NCBI GenBank assembly: GCA_022709865.1
Contig: JAKLIA010000002.1
Location: 14,521-78,520 of the forward strand
Length of the DNA: 64,000 nucleotides
Direction: 5' to 3'
Source of the DNA: Patescibacteria group bacterium
GTDB taxonomy: Bacteria; Patescibacteriota; Minisyncoccia; Portnoybacterales; GWB1-42-6
Shown here: positions 39,104 to 49,508 of the stretch, piece after piece
How the letters are laid out: each line of letters starts with the position of its first letter
Position numbering within the stretch: the first letter of the stretch is position 1
The notes under the pieces: generated by a model
What the model was told of the DNA's origin: nothing
Databases searched by the model: none
Seen by the model: the letters and a program-made list of their open reading frames with translations, nothing else
Translations under genes and position numbers: made by a program

Positions 39104-40124
39104 ACTTCTAAAAAATATTATTTTAATTATTATTTCCCTTTTGATAACGCTGTTTTTTTTGGAAACTATTTTTAAGATTTGGGAGATCGATAAAAACATA
39201 AACGGCTCTGTGGTTTGGCCAGAGATAAACCGAATAAGCGGAGAAGGTTTGAATAATAGTTATATAAAAAAAGACAATGGCCTCTCCTACAAATTAGAAG
39301 ATGATAGCCTAAACGAAGATTTGTATATTCTTTTTGATAAGAGCCATTTTACCAAAACTAAACCGCCCGGAGTTTACCGAATAGCCATAGTCGGCGATTC
39401 TTATACCTGGATACCTAAAAATATCGATTGGATAAAGTTTTATGCCCCGCAATTAACAGAAATGCTGTCTAAAGAAAAAACGCTTTTCGAAGTTTTGCCG
39501 TTCGCCCAGCCCGGGCTAAACACCGAGCAGGAGTTCACTATCATCAAAGAGCTCGCTTTAAGTTATAATCCCAACCTAGTGATCCTCCAGAGCACAAACA
39601 ACGACAATGAATTGCCTAGAGCCTCCTTGCGTTTAGGCCCATCCACAGAATACGTAATTTCTAAAAGCGAAGTTATCGTCATTAACAACCGCGCTATTCC
39701 GGCTTTTTCTTTTTTGAGCCATAAAATAAACCTATTCATCCTTCAAAACTCGTCCTTCTTGCGCTATATCGCTTATAATTGGAACGTTATATTATATAAA
39801 TATCAGGCTCAGCCCTGGCAAAAAAATCTTGATACCATAAAAGAAATAAAAAAAATTACGGAAGAAAAAAATATTGATTTTTTAGTTATTTTTACTCCAT
39901 CAGCATTGAATAACCCCTGCGCCGAAGAAACCATTAAAAGCTTGGGCGAACAATTTAAGAGCCTGAGCGAAGAGATCAAAACCCCTATCCTTAATCTTTG
40001 TGATAATGTTCTGGATTTTAGCGCTTATAAGGCTAAGGAAGGGGACGGCCACTACAACACCGAAGGATATAAAATAGTAGCCGAAGCTTTAAAAAACGAG
40101 ATATTAAAAATAATAAAAAAATAA
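39093..40124 (+). CDS. SGNH/GDSL-hydrolase-like protein with N-terminal TM anchor (paralog 3 of 3)
   Basis: IAIVGDSYTW and DGHYNTEGY blocks. Confidence 0.6.
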   Translation: MKNRLLKNIILIIISLLITLFFLETIFKIWEIDKNINGSVVWPEINRISGEGLNNSYIKKDNGLSYKLEDDSLNEDLYILFDKSHFTKTKPPGVYRIAIVGDSYTWIPKNIDWIKFYAPQLTEMLSKEKTLFEVLPFAQPGLNTEQEFTIIKELALSYNPNLVILQSTNNDNELPRASLRLGPSTEYVISKSEVIVINNRAIPAFSFLSHKINLFILQNSSFLRYIAYNWNVILYKYQAQPWQKNLDTIKEIKKITEEKNIDFLVIFTPSALNNPCAEETIKSLGEQFKSLSEEIKTPILNLCDNVLDFSAYKAKEGDGHYNTEGYKIVAEALKNEILKIIKK

Positions 40125-40128
40125 ACAT

Positions 40129-40290
40129 ATGCCAGAAAATAAAAGTTTCCTGATAGAGCTTTGGGATTTTTTAAAGATCCGTAAAAAATGGTGGCTGTTG
40201 CCGATCATTATTATGTTAGCTCTGGTAGGCCTTCTGATCATTTTTGGCCAAGAAAGCGCACTTTCGCCTTTAATTTATACGATTTTTTAA
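40129..40290 (+). CDS. DUF5989-like micro-protein (53 aa) of the kind found next to carbamoyltransferases (SxtK-like)
   Basis: Below the ORF-track cutoff. Product MPENKSFLIELWDFLKIRKKWWLLPIIIMLALVGLLIIFGQESALSPLIYTIF has the L..LW.FLK.RKKWWLLPI...L.LGLL...G.S...PFIYTLF pattern I recall for DUF5989. Tightly packed between its neighbours (5-nt and 1-nt gaps). Confidence 0.55.
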   Translation: MPENKSFLIELWDFLKIRKKWWLLPIIIMLALVGLLIIFGQESALSPLIYTIF

Positions 40291-40291
40291 T

Positions 40292-42043
40292 ATGGCCGCA
40301 CTGAGCGGATACTTGAAAAATATTGCCCTGAACATAAAAAAAATAGCTCTGTTGCCGGCTAATTTTGTTTTGTTAACCGCTGTTTTAATAATTTTGACAG
40401 TTTTTTTTAATAAACAAATCCTGGCTGATTATCTAACAATAAGGCCTTTTTTTAGCTACTATTTTTTTGGGGCTATAATCCTTTTGATAGTCGCTATTAT
40501 AGTTTTGGCAACTATTAACTGGAAACGGTTAAAGTTAGTGCTAGTTCAAGACAAATATTTAATAGTTTTAATTATTATTTTATTGGCTATTTTAGTCGGA
40601 TTGATCATGGCTGGGCCGGTTCTGGTCAGGGTAGACAAAGAAACGTCCGCTGTCTTGGGGAGCCTGGACTTTGAATTAAACGCCTTATCATCTTTTTCGG
40701 TAATTTTTCGCGCTAAAGCATATTTTTTAATAATGCATTTTTTGGCATATATTATGCCCATAACGATAAAAAGCCTGTCTGTGATAAATGCTTTTTTGAT
40801 AGTTTTTCAGATGTTATTAGTGTATTTAATATTAAAATTGCTGCTGAATAATAATCGCCTAGCTTTTCTAGCCAGCCTTTTATTCATATTTTATCCCAAC
40901 AATTTATTGATCGGGCGGGCGCCAGACTATGCTTTTGCTGGGCAGATCTTCGGCACCTTTAGCTTGTTTACGCTGCTTCTTTTTGTAAAATACAAAGACC
41001 GGCTTTTGCTTTTTTGGAGCTTGGCTATTTTGAGCTTGTCTTTGTTTTTGAGAATAGAGATGATCTTTTGGCTGCCTTTCTATCTTTTTCTTTTATGGCG
41101 CAATTTAGATGATGAACAAATAAGGAAAATCAAGAACATTATTAATGTTTTTCTTTTGCTAAGCCTGCCCTTAATGCTGGCAACGATCATTTGTTTTTTT
41201 ATCAGCCCAACCGGTTCGATTTCTGATGTCAGCTTTTACAACTTAAGGCTGACTAGCGGCTGGAATCTTTTACAGCAAATAACAAATTACTATCATTTTG
41301 TTATAGACAGAAACTTAGCCTTTAATTTGAGCTATCTGATTTTTGCCATACCTCTTTTTTGGATTACGCCTTTGGCTTTAGTGTTTTTTCGCGATAAAAA
41401 GATATGGGATTACATATTATATTTTTTCTTTTTTTGGGCTATCATTACTGTTTTCCATTGTAACGAAAGAATCGATTCTTATGAGTTCCTTTCTTATTTA
41501 ATAGTTCCTCTGGTAATTTTGGCTGGTTTGGTTATAGGGCATCTTTCAAAAATCCATAAATACGGCTGGTTGGCTTCTGCCGCCTTAGTCCTGTTTCTTA
41601 TCATTTTTGGCTTTAAGCTCTATCAGCCAGCTTGGTTTTTCACTGATAACGTCACAATTTTTTGGAATAACGAATACCAGCTTATAGAAAAACATCTGGG
41701 CCAAATAAATAATGACTCAGTTATTATTACTAATGATAAAATAAGCTTGATCTCTTCGGTGGTAAACAAAAAAAACGAAAAGATCGTCCAGGCCTTGCCC
41801 GATATAACTAAACAGATCAAGGAGCTAAAAAACAAGTATAATAATGTTTTTGTTATACAAGGCTCGCTTAACGCTTCCCGGCCAAGCATATCGACTTTTG
41901 AAGCAAATCAATTTGAAAAAATAATAAAAGATAATTTTAATTTGGAAGTGGTCTATCGGGAAAGGCTCGGAGAAGACGGCTTAAACCAGCCCGGAATAGC
42001 ACCGATAAAAAACGCTTTAATTTTTCTATACAAGATTAACTAA
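40292..42043 (+). CDS. Large polytopic membrane protein (about 11 TM helices plus a 170-aa C-terminal soluble domain). Putative GT-C-fold glycosyltransferase or related glycan-modifying enzyme.
   Basis: 583 aa, dense hydrophobic helices through about residue 410, then a hydrophilic C-terminal domain. This architecture is shared with ArnT/PMT-type GT-C enzymes. No family-specific motif recognised. Confidence 0.55.
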   Translation: MAALSGYLKNIALNIKKIALLPANFVLLTAVLIILTVFFNKQILADYLTIRPFFSYYFFGAIILLIVAIIVLATINWKRLKLVLVQDKYLIVLIIILLAILVGLIMAGPVLVRVDKETSAVLGSLDFELNALSSFSVIFRAKAYFLIMHFLAYIMPITIKSLSVINAFLIVFQMLLVYLILKLLLNNNRLAFLASLLFIFYPNNLLIGRAPDYAFAGQIFGTFSLFTLLLFVKYKDRLLLFWSLAILSLSLFLRIEMIFWLPFYLFLLWRNLDDEQIRKIKNIINVFLLLSLPLMLATIICFFISPTGSISDVSFYNLRLTSGWNLLQQITNYYHFVIDRNLAFNLSYLIFAIPLFWITPLALVFFRDKKIWDYILYFFFFWAIITVFHCNERIDSYEFLSYLIVPLVILAGLVIGHLSKIHKYGWLASAALVLFLIIFGFKLYQPAWFFTDNVTIFWNNEYQLIEKHLGQINNDSVIITNDKISLISSVVNKKNEKIVQALPDITKQIKELKNKYNNVFVIQGSLNASRPSISTFEANQFEKIIKDNFNLEVVYRERLGEDGLNQPGIAPIKNALIFLYKIN

Positions 42044-42117
42044 GTATGCCTAGGCATTATATTAAAATAAAAATAGTGATATAATATAAAAATAAACGAT
42101 AATAACTATTTAAAATT

Positions 42118-43107
42118 ATGATAAAAATTGCTATTAATGGCTTTGGCCGAATAGGCCGGCCGGTTTTAAGAAGGATCTTAGACAAGCATCCTAATCTTGA
42201 GGTGGTGGCTATAAATGACCTGACGGACGCACTAACTCTAGCACATCTTTTAAAATATGATTCTTCTTATGGGCGATACGATAAAGAGGTAAAAACCGAG
42301 GGAAGCGACCTAGTGGTTGGCGGCAAAAAAATAAAGATATTAGCAGAAAAAGACCCGGCTAAGCTTCCTTGGAAAGAGCTGGGTATCGACGTGGTTTTAG
42401 AGTGCACGGGACTTTTTACTAAAATTGATGGCGCGAAAAAACATATTGAAGCTGGAGCTAAAAAAGTTGTTCTGTCCGCGCCCACCGACAGCGAAGAAAT
42501 ACCCACATACCTGCTAGGCGTTAACGCCGATAAATACCAGGGCGAACAGATTATTTCTATGGGTTCCTGCACCACCAACTGCTTGGCGCCAGTGGTTAAA
42601 ATATTAAATGACGCCCTGGACATTGAGCATGGCTTCATGACCACTATCCATTCTTACACCAACGATCAGCGTATTTTGGATCTACCGCATAAGGATTTGC
42701 GTCGAGCTCGGGCTGCTGGGCAGAATATAATCCCAACTACGACCGGAGCGGCTAAAACTTTAGGAAAATGCATTCCGGAAATTGCTGGCAAGCTTGATGG
42801 GCTGGCGATGCGGGTTCCAACGCCAACAGTCTCGATTACCGATTTTGTCTGCACCGTTAAAAACCCGCTAGGCGCACCGGGCATAAATGATCTTTTTATT
42901 AAAGCAGCCCAAGGTTTATTGCAGGGAATCCTAGCCACCACCAACGAACCCTTAGTTTCTATGGATTTTAAAGGGGATAGCCATTCCAGCATCGTCGACC
43001 TGTCTTTAACTATGGTTAAAGATGGCATGATAAAAGTTGTGTCTTGGTATGACAACGAATGGGGTTATGCTTGCCGGCTAGCTGAAATGGCCGAATATAT
43101 AAAATAA
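42118..43107 (+). CDS. gap: Glyceraldehyde-3-phosphate dehydrogenase (type I)
   Basis: INGFGRIGR NAD motif, catalytic SCTTNCLAP, YDNEWGY near the C-terminus. Confidence 0.9.
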   Translation: MIKIAINGFGRIGRPVLRRILDKHPNLEVVAINDLTDALTLAHLLKYDSSYGRYDKEVKTEGSDLVVGGKKIKILAEKDPAKLPWKELGIDVVLECTGLFTKIDGAKKHIEAGAKKVVLSAPTDSEEIPTYLLGVNADKYQGEQIISMGSCTTNCLAPVVKILNDALDIEHGFMTTIHSYTNDQRILDLPHKDLRRARAAGQNIIPTTTGAAKTLGKCIPEIAGKLDGLAMRVPTPTVSITDFVCTVKNPLGAPGINDLFIKAAQGLLQGILATTNEPLVSMDFKGDSHSSIVDLSLTMVKDGMIKVVSWYDNEWGYACRLAEMAEYIK

Positions 43108-43329
43108 CTATTTTTTATTGAATATTTGCTATCCCATCCCATTCGTTGAGGGGGCGAAGGGGGAGCGTAGCTCCCGCCTTGGCGGAAACATTAAAACCGA
43201 GGGGTTTTAAGGAGTGAGAAGAAAAACGACGAACGACAGAATGGTGGTTATGCTTGTAGATTGGCAGAGATGGGGGAACAGATAGCCAAATAATAGCTTT
43301 CTGAAAAACCGATGGAGGGACATAAGATT

Positions 43330-44958
43330 ATGAAGATCCTATTTATTTTTCCTTTTATAAACACTAAGGGAGGCGATCCTATTAAGTTTTTGCCAATTGG
43401 CCCAGCGGCTTTAATTGGAACTTTGAAGCCAGATTTTCCAGAAATTATATTTGAGCAAATAGAACTAGAAGAAGAAATAAGAGAAAAAAAGAGACAAGGA
43501 AAGATTGATAAAAAATACGAAAAATTATTAGAGAGCTTTAATCAGAATAAAGCTCTTTTTCCGTCTAGCAATGCTGTAAAAGAATATAAAGGGTTTTTTG
43601 ACAAATTAATTAATTTTTTTCAAATAGACCAATACGACCACTACTTTTTTTCTCGCTATGATGACGATTGCGGCCTAAGAGCTAATCTTTTTTTTGCCAA
43701 ATATTTAAAAAGCCTTTTTCCTGACAAAAAAATTATTTTTGGCGGAATTAATAACGCTAGAAGCAATGAAATCGACAATAGCCTTTTTAATAGTTTGAAC
43801 TTCATTGATTCTTTTATAGTTGGTCCGGGAGAAAAATCAATGAGGCTAATTTTGCAGAAGCTTTTAGATAGCGAAAAACTAGATACAAAATATTCTTTTT
43901 GGGTTTCGCCTCAAGAAAAAATTAAAAACCTTCCCGACTACAAAAGCAATCGGAGTTTATCCCTTTTTAAGCACTCGGTAAAAGAACTGGAAGGCAAAGA
44001 GGGTGGCTCAAAAAACTTAATATCAATACCGTATTATTTTTCAATTGGCTGTTTTTGGAGTCAATGCGCTTATTGCGCTAACTCGCACTTTAAGGGGTCT
44101 AGCCCCAGCCAAAAACAAGCGCATAAATCAATTGACCAGATAATCTCTGATTTGACCAGACTAAAGAAAGATTATAAAACAAAGCATTTTATTTTTTTTA
44201 ATCAAAACTTTAATTTTGACCTGGATTTCACTAAGCAACTATTAAAAAGGATCATAAGCGAGAAATTAGATATTTTATGGACGGATTATTTTAATTTAAC
44301 GATTTTTGACGAAGAGTTGCCCAGCCTTCTAACTCAGGCGGGGTGCTATCGAATAGATCTTGGAACTGTCACTTTTAATGATAAGCTTCAAAAGCTTTAT
44401 AGTAATTTATTTAAAAATCAACAGCTCAAATATTTAAAATATATCAGCGACGCCGGAATATGGATTAACTTAAACATCATCGCCAATCTCCCTTATTCTT
44501 ATTCAATAGAGGGAGAAAAGAAGGTATTGAAAAACTATTTAAAATATTTTGATTCGGCAGACATTAATTTTTATAGGAACTTTTCTATTTCTGATTTAGC
44601 CTTAAATTATCGCTTCTACGATTTAAAAACCGCTGATAAAAAAATAGTTTTTAAAGAAGGATTGACCGGCAATTTATCGTTTATCGAAAAAAATGGAGGC
44701 AAAAGCGTAGACGAAAAAGCGGTAATCTCGCAAAAAAACTACTTAGATTGGGAAAGATTTTTAATTAAAAACGGCAAGGTAATAAATAACCATAATTTTG
44801 CCTATTTATCGTATTTGTACGATGCCCATGGTTTTAATAATAAAGAAAGAATCAAAAAACTTTTCTGTTCTGCCAAGAATAATACCTGTCTGCTACCAAA
44901 AGAATCAAAAGATAAAGTAGGGCCAAAGGGACGGCTATCTTTAGTTAAAAAGCCCTAA
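43330..44958 (+). CDS. B12-binding-domain / radical-SAM-like protein with a non-canonical Cx4Cx2C cluster motif (hypothetical)
   Basis: N-terminal MKILFIFPF... (B12-binding-radical-SAM-like start). Putative cluster motif GCFWSQCAYC. Start set at ATG 43330; an alternative is the upstream in-frame ATG at 43312. Confidence 0.45.
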   Translation: MKILFIFPFINTKGGDPIKFLPIGPAALIGTLKPDFPEIIFEQIELEEEIREKKRQGKIDKKYEKLLESFNQNKALFPSSNAVKEYKGFFDKLINFFQIDQYDHYFFSRYDDDCGLRANLFFAKYLKSLFPDKKIIFGGINNARSNEIDNSLFNSLNFIDSFIVGPGEKSMRLILQKLLDSEKLDTKYSFWVSPQEKIKNLPDYKSNRSLSLFKHSVKELEGKEGGSKNLISIPYYFSIGCFWSQCAYCANSHFKGSSPSQKQAHKSIDQIISDLTRLKKDYKTKHFIFFNQNFNFDLDFTKQLLKRIISEKLDILWTDYFNLTIFDEELPSLLTQAGCYRIDLGTVTFNDKLQKLYSNLFKNQQLKYLKYISDAGIWINLNIIANLPYSYSIEGEKKVLKNYLKYFDSADINFYRNFSISDLALNYRFYDLKTADKKIVFKEGLTGNLSFIEKNGGKSVDEKAVISQKNYLDWERFLIKNGKVINNHNFAYLSYLYDAHGFNNKERIKKLFCSAKNNTCLLPKESKDKVGPKGRLSLVKKP

Positions 44959-45003
44959 TTTTAGAGATTTTAGAGTATTTCTAGCTGCCTCTGTTATGGG
45001 GCT

Positions 45004-45037
45004 TGACAGAGCCCTATAAACGAGTAAAATAGACTGT
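45004..45037 (+). promoter_or_regulatory. Candidate rRNA promoter (TTGACA, 16-bp spacer, TAAAAT)
   Basis: gcTTGACAgagccctataaacgagTAAAATag, about 370 nt upstream of the 16S gene. Confidence 0.35.
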
Positions 45038-45399
45038 GTTAGCAATAATAGAAACTTATATGTAAAAACTCATTTTTTACATCGTGAAGATTTAGTGGTA
45101 TTTTATGCCCGCTTCTTCGCGGGTTTTCTAGTGCATGAATTAAACCGCAAGGCTAACAAAAATGAACCTTAACAATTGAAGACCTTTGAATTTCCAATAA
45201 TTCCATACAATTTAGTTTAGTTTCCACAACAGTGAAAATAACAAAAGATTAGTTTCTTTTAGTTATCTCGTAAAATCCGTGTCTATAGCAACTCTGCAAA
45301 GATTTGCGGCAAGACGCGGGAAGATCGGAGCGTATGATTTATTAAACCGCTTTACCTTAACGGGTCGAAGATCGGTTTAATGAATTGAAACTCTTTTCT

Positions 45400-46902
<1,503 letters not shown>

Positions 46903-47081
46903 CTAGATTTTTTTATTTACTTTATGTAAATGCATCTTCTAGAAAAGTGTCGATTATTCTGTTTACAGAGTAGGTCGCGGCGTAGACCTTAAATTCGCTG
47001 GTTCATAATTGTGTAACCCTTAAATGACCAATTCGAGATAACTAAAAGAACCTAATTGTGGAATTGCGAAATAACAAAAAA

Positions 47082-47108
47082 TGCCTCTTGATTTGAGGCG
47101 TTTTTTTG
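47082..47108 (+). terminator. Hairpin plus T-tract downstream of the 16S gene
   Basis: GCCTC-TTGATTT-GAGGC followed by TTTTTTTGTT. Confidence 0.4.
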
Positions 47109-47142
47109 TTTATAATAAAAACTGCGTAAATAAGGGCGATTA

Positions 47143-47428
47143 GCCCCTCACTTGAAAAGGATATGTTTTATGTTTATGTCCTAAAAAGTGAAGTAGATGA
47201 TAAACTGTATATTGGCTATACAGATGATCTACGACGCAGAATTGAAGAACATAGCAAAGGAAAGTCAAAGGCAACAAATCCAAGGAAACCATTTAAGCTG
47301 GTTTATTACGAGGCCTACTTCTCCCGAAGCGATGCTAAATATAGGGAAAGTCAATTAAAAAGATTTTCTGGTTCATACACACATCTGAAAAGAAGAATTA
47401 AAAATTCAATCCTTTTCAAGTGAGGGGC
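47143..47428 (+). mobile_element. GIY-YIG ORF cassette bracketed by a perfect 20-bp inverted repeat, inserted at the 5' end of tRNA-Ile
   Basis: Left arm gcccctcacttgaaaaggat (47143-47162) and right arm atccttttcaagtgaggggc (47409-47428) are exact reverse complements. The 11-nt gggcgattagc is directly repeated at 47134-47144 and 47425-47435; the second copy is the start of tRNA-Ile. Confidence 0.5.
47163..47423 (+). CDS. Small GIY-YIG nuclease-family protein (86 aa)
   Basis: MFYVYVLKSEVDDKLYIGYTDDLRRRIEEH: the GIY-(10 aa)-YIG spacing and the conserved Arg and Glu of the GIY-YIG fold. The stop codon lies inside the right IR arm. Confidence 0.8.
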   Translation: MFYVYVLKSEVDDKLYIGYTDDLRRRIEEHSKGKSKATNPRKPFKLVYYEAYFSRSDAKYRESQLKRFSGSYTHLKRRIKNSILFK

Positions 47429-47498
47429 GATTAGCTCAGGTGGTTAGAGCGCGTCACTGATAATGACGAGGTCCGAGGTTCAACTCCTCGATCGCCCA
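47425..47498 (+). tRNA. tRNA-Ile (anticodon GAT)
   Basis: GGGCGAT acceptor, D-arm AGCTCAGGTGGTTAGAGC, anticodon loop CTGATAA, T-arm GGTTCAACTCC, 3' ATCGCCC plus discriminator A. CCA not encoded. Confidence 0.9.
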
Positions 47499-47565
47499 CA
47501 AAAAAAGGGAGAGACAAAAAACTGTCCCGATAAACCTCCTTTTTAAGGAGGTCATTTTGTATCAG

Positions 47566-47638
47566 GGGCCGATAGCTCAGTTGGTAGAGCACCTCGTTTG
47601 CAACGAGGGGGTCTGGAGTTCGAATCTCCATCGGTCCA
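47566..47638 (+). tRNA. tRNA-Ala (anticodon TGC)
   Basis: Acceptor GGGCCGA/TCGGTCC with the G3:U70 Ala identity pair. Anticodon loop TTTGCAA. T-arm GGAGTTCGAATCTCC. Confidence 0.9.
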
Positions 47639-47656
47639 CTTTTCTTTTATCAATTT

Positions 47657-47932
47657 ATGAAAAAGAGACTGGAATGTTTTATTTTTGGCCGAGTCCAATT
47701 GGTGATGTTTCGGGATTTTACCCAGCGCAAGGCTAAATCTCTGGGCTTGGTTGGCACGGTTAAGAACCTGCCGGATGGCTCGGTTTTTGTGGTGGCGGAA
47801 GGCGAAGAAGAAAAACTTGCTCGGCTGCTAGAAAAATTAAAAAAAGGTTCTTTATTATCCCGGGTAGACAAGCTTGAAGAAAAATGGCTGCCAGCAACAG
47901 GGGAGTTTATTAATTTTAAAATAGTATTTTAA
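47657..47932 (+). CDS. Acylphosphatase
   Basis: 91 aa. The GRVQLVMFRDFTQRKAKSLGLVGTVKNLPDGSV pattern resembles the acylphosphatase VQGVxFR / GxVxN signatures. Confidence 0.7.
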   Translation: MKKRLECFIFGRVQLVMFRDFTQRKAKSLGLVGTVKNLPDGSVFVVAEGEEEKLARLLEKLKKGSLLSRVDKLEEKWLPATGEFINFKIVF

Positions 47933-47938
47933 TTTTCT

Positions 47939-48646
47939 ATGCCTAACGACAAAATACCAGGCGGCCCAAAAACCATCGGCGTTATCATGGATGGCAACCG
48001 GCGCTGGGCCAAAGAACAAAGTTTACCAACCATGGAAGGGCACAAAGTCGGGCTTAAAAAAATAAAAGATCTGACTAAGTGGGCCAAAGACCTAGGAGTC
48101 TCTACAATTTATCTCTACGCTTTTTCAACTGAAAATTGGAACCGCGAAAAAGAAGAAGTGAATTATTTGATGAAGCTTTTTTTACAAGCTTTTAGAGAAG
48201 ACTCAAAAGAACTAGTAAAACAAAAGGTGCGAGTTAAGTTTGCCGGCCAAACAGAAAGGTTTTTTCCGATTTTGCGCCAGAGCATTAAAGCGCTAGAAAG
48301 AATGACCAAAAACTTTTCTGGCTTAACCCTGGTTTTTTGCCTTTCTTATGGCGGGCGGGCAGAGATCGTTGCTGCCATTAAAAAAATAGCAAAACAAAAA
48401 ACCGCCCAGGAAATAGAAACCCTTACCGAGGATGATTTTTCTCGATTTTTATGGACCAACGGGCTGCCAAACCCAGAGCTGGTAATCCGCACTTCCGGAG
48501 AAGTCCGCACCTCAAACTTTTTGCCCTGGCAAACTGCTTATAGTGAATGGTTTTTCTCTAAGACTTATTGGCCAGCCTTTACCAAAGAAGAGCTTAAACA
48601 AATATTAGAAGATTTCTCAAAACGGGAGATTCGCCGCGGCCGATAA
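47939..48646 (+). CDS. uppS: Undecaprenyl (isoprenyl) diphosphate synthase
   Basis: GVIMDGNRRWA, YAFSTENWNR, RTSGEVRTSNFLPWQ blocks. Confidence 0.9.
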   Translation: MPNDKIPGGPKTIGVIMDGNRRWAKEQSLPTMEGHKVGLKKIKDLTKWAKDLGVSTIYLYAFSTENWNREKEEVNYLMKLFLQAFREDSKELVKQKVRVKFAGQTERFFPILRQSIKALERMTKNFSGLTLVFCLSYGGRAEIVAAIKKIAKQKTAQEIETLTEDDFSRFLWTNGLPNPELVIRTSGEVRTSNFLPWQTAYSEWFFSKTYWPAFTKEELKQILEDFSKREIRRGR

Positions 48647-48883
48647 TTGTTCATTGCCCGGCTTTTTGCTATAATTTTCAATAAGTAATCTTTAATTTAA
48701 AAATATGGTCGAGGACATAAAATATGAGCTTCAAAAAATTAAAGACTCCATAGGGGAGCTGGAAAGGGGTAATCTATATATGGTTAAAGAAAGGCTGCGA
48801 GAAATCCTCTCCACGCTAAACGATATCAAGAGCCGGCTGGACGATATTAAAAACAGCTCTCAAAACTAGCTTAGATCAATTTT

Positions 48884-49390
48884 ATGCTAAACAAAACCAT
48901 TCAGAAGTTTTTGGATTTAAATAAAACAAAATACGAAGTCATCGAGCATAAAACGGTTTATACCGCCTTTGATAAGGCTGCCACGCTGCGCGCCAAACCC
49001 CAAGAAGTAGGGAAAACTGTAGTGGTTTCGCTAGACAACAAAGAATACGCTTTGGGCCTGATTCCCTCTAATAAAAATCTGGACAAGAAAAAGGTTTTGC
49101 TGATTTTTAATAAATTGCGCGCTAAAAATAAAGAAAAAAACTATAAAAAAATAGATTTTGCCAAAGAGCAATGGATGAAAAAAAGCTTTAAGGGGGTTGC
49201 CCTTGGCGCCACACCGCCCTTGGGCGAACTTTACAAATTACCATTTTTTATAGATAACGCCTTAACCAAGCCAAGCAAAATTGTCGTTAATGGGGGAGCC
49301 TATGAAGTTTCTCTGAAGCTTTCGCCGGCCAATCTGATAAAGCTAAACCAGAATTCCTTAAAAGGCAGCTTTTCAATGGCAAAAAAATAA
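48884..49390 (+). CDS. YbaK/ProX-family aminoacyl-tRNA deacylase-like protein
   Basis: KTVVVSLDNKEYALGLIP and GVALGATPPLGE...IVVNGGAYEVSLKLSPANL resemble YbaK (KTLLVA...LAVAVTP; GGISPLG...VSGGKRGLDIEL). Confidence 0.55.
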   Translation: MLNKTIQKFLDLNKTKYEVIEHKTVYTAFDKAATLRAKPQEVGKTVVVSLDNKEYALGLIPSNKNLDKKKVLLIFNKLRAKNKEKNYKKIDFAKEQWMKKSFKGVALGATPPLGELYKLPFFIDNALTKPSKIVVNGGAYEVSLKLSPANLIKLNQNSLKGSFSMAKK

Positions 49391-49508
49391 AACTTTTTCG
49401 ATAACTCGTTTTTATTTGGAGCCTTCGGGCTCCTTTTTTGTCTTCGCGCCGAGTAAAGCAGGGGTTTATTTGAAAAACACAACTAATAAAGTATAATGGA
49501 CTAAGAAT

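Noticed and set aside
47640-47660. Expectation of a 23S rRNA gene after tRNA-Ala
   Set aside because: Sequence immediately downstream encodes acylphosphatase and uppS. No 23S-like conserved blocks anywhere in the window.
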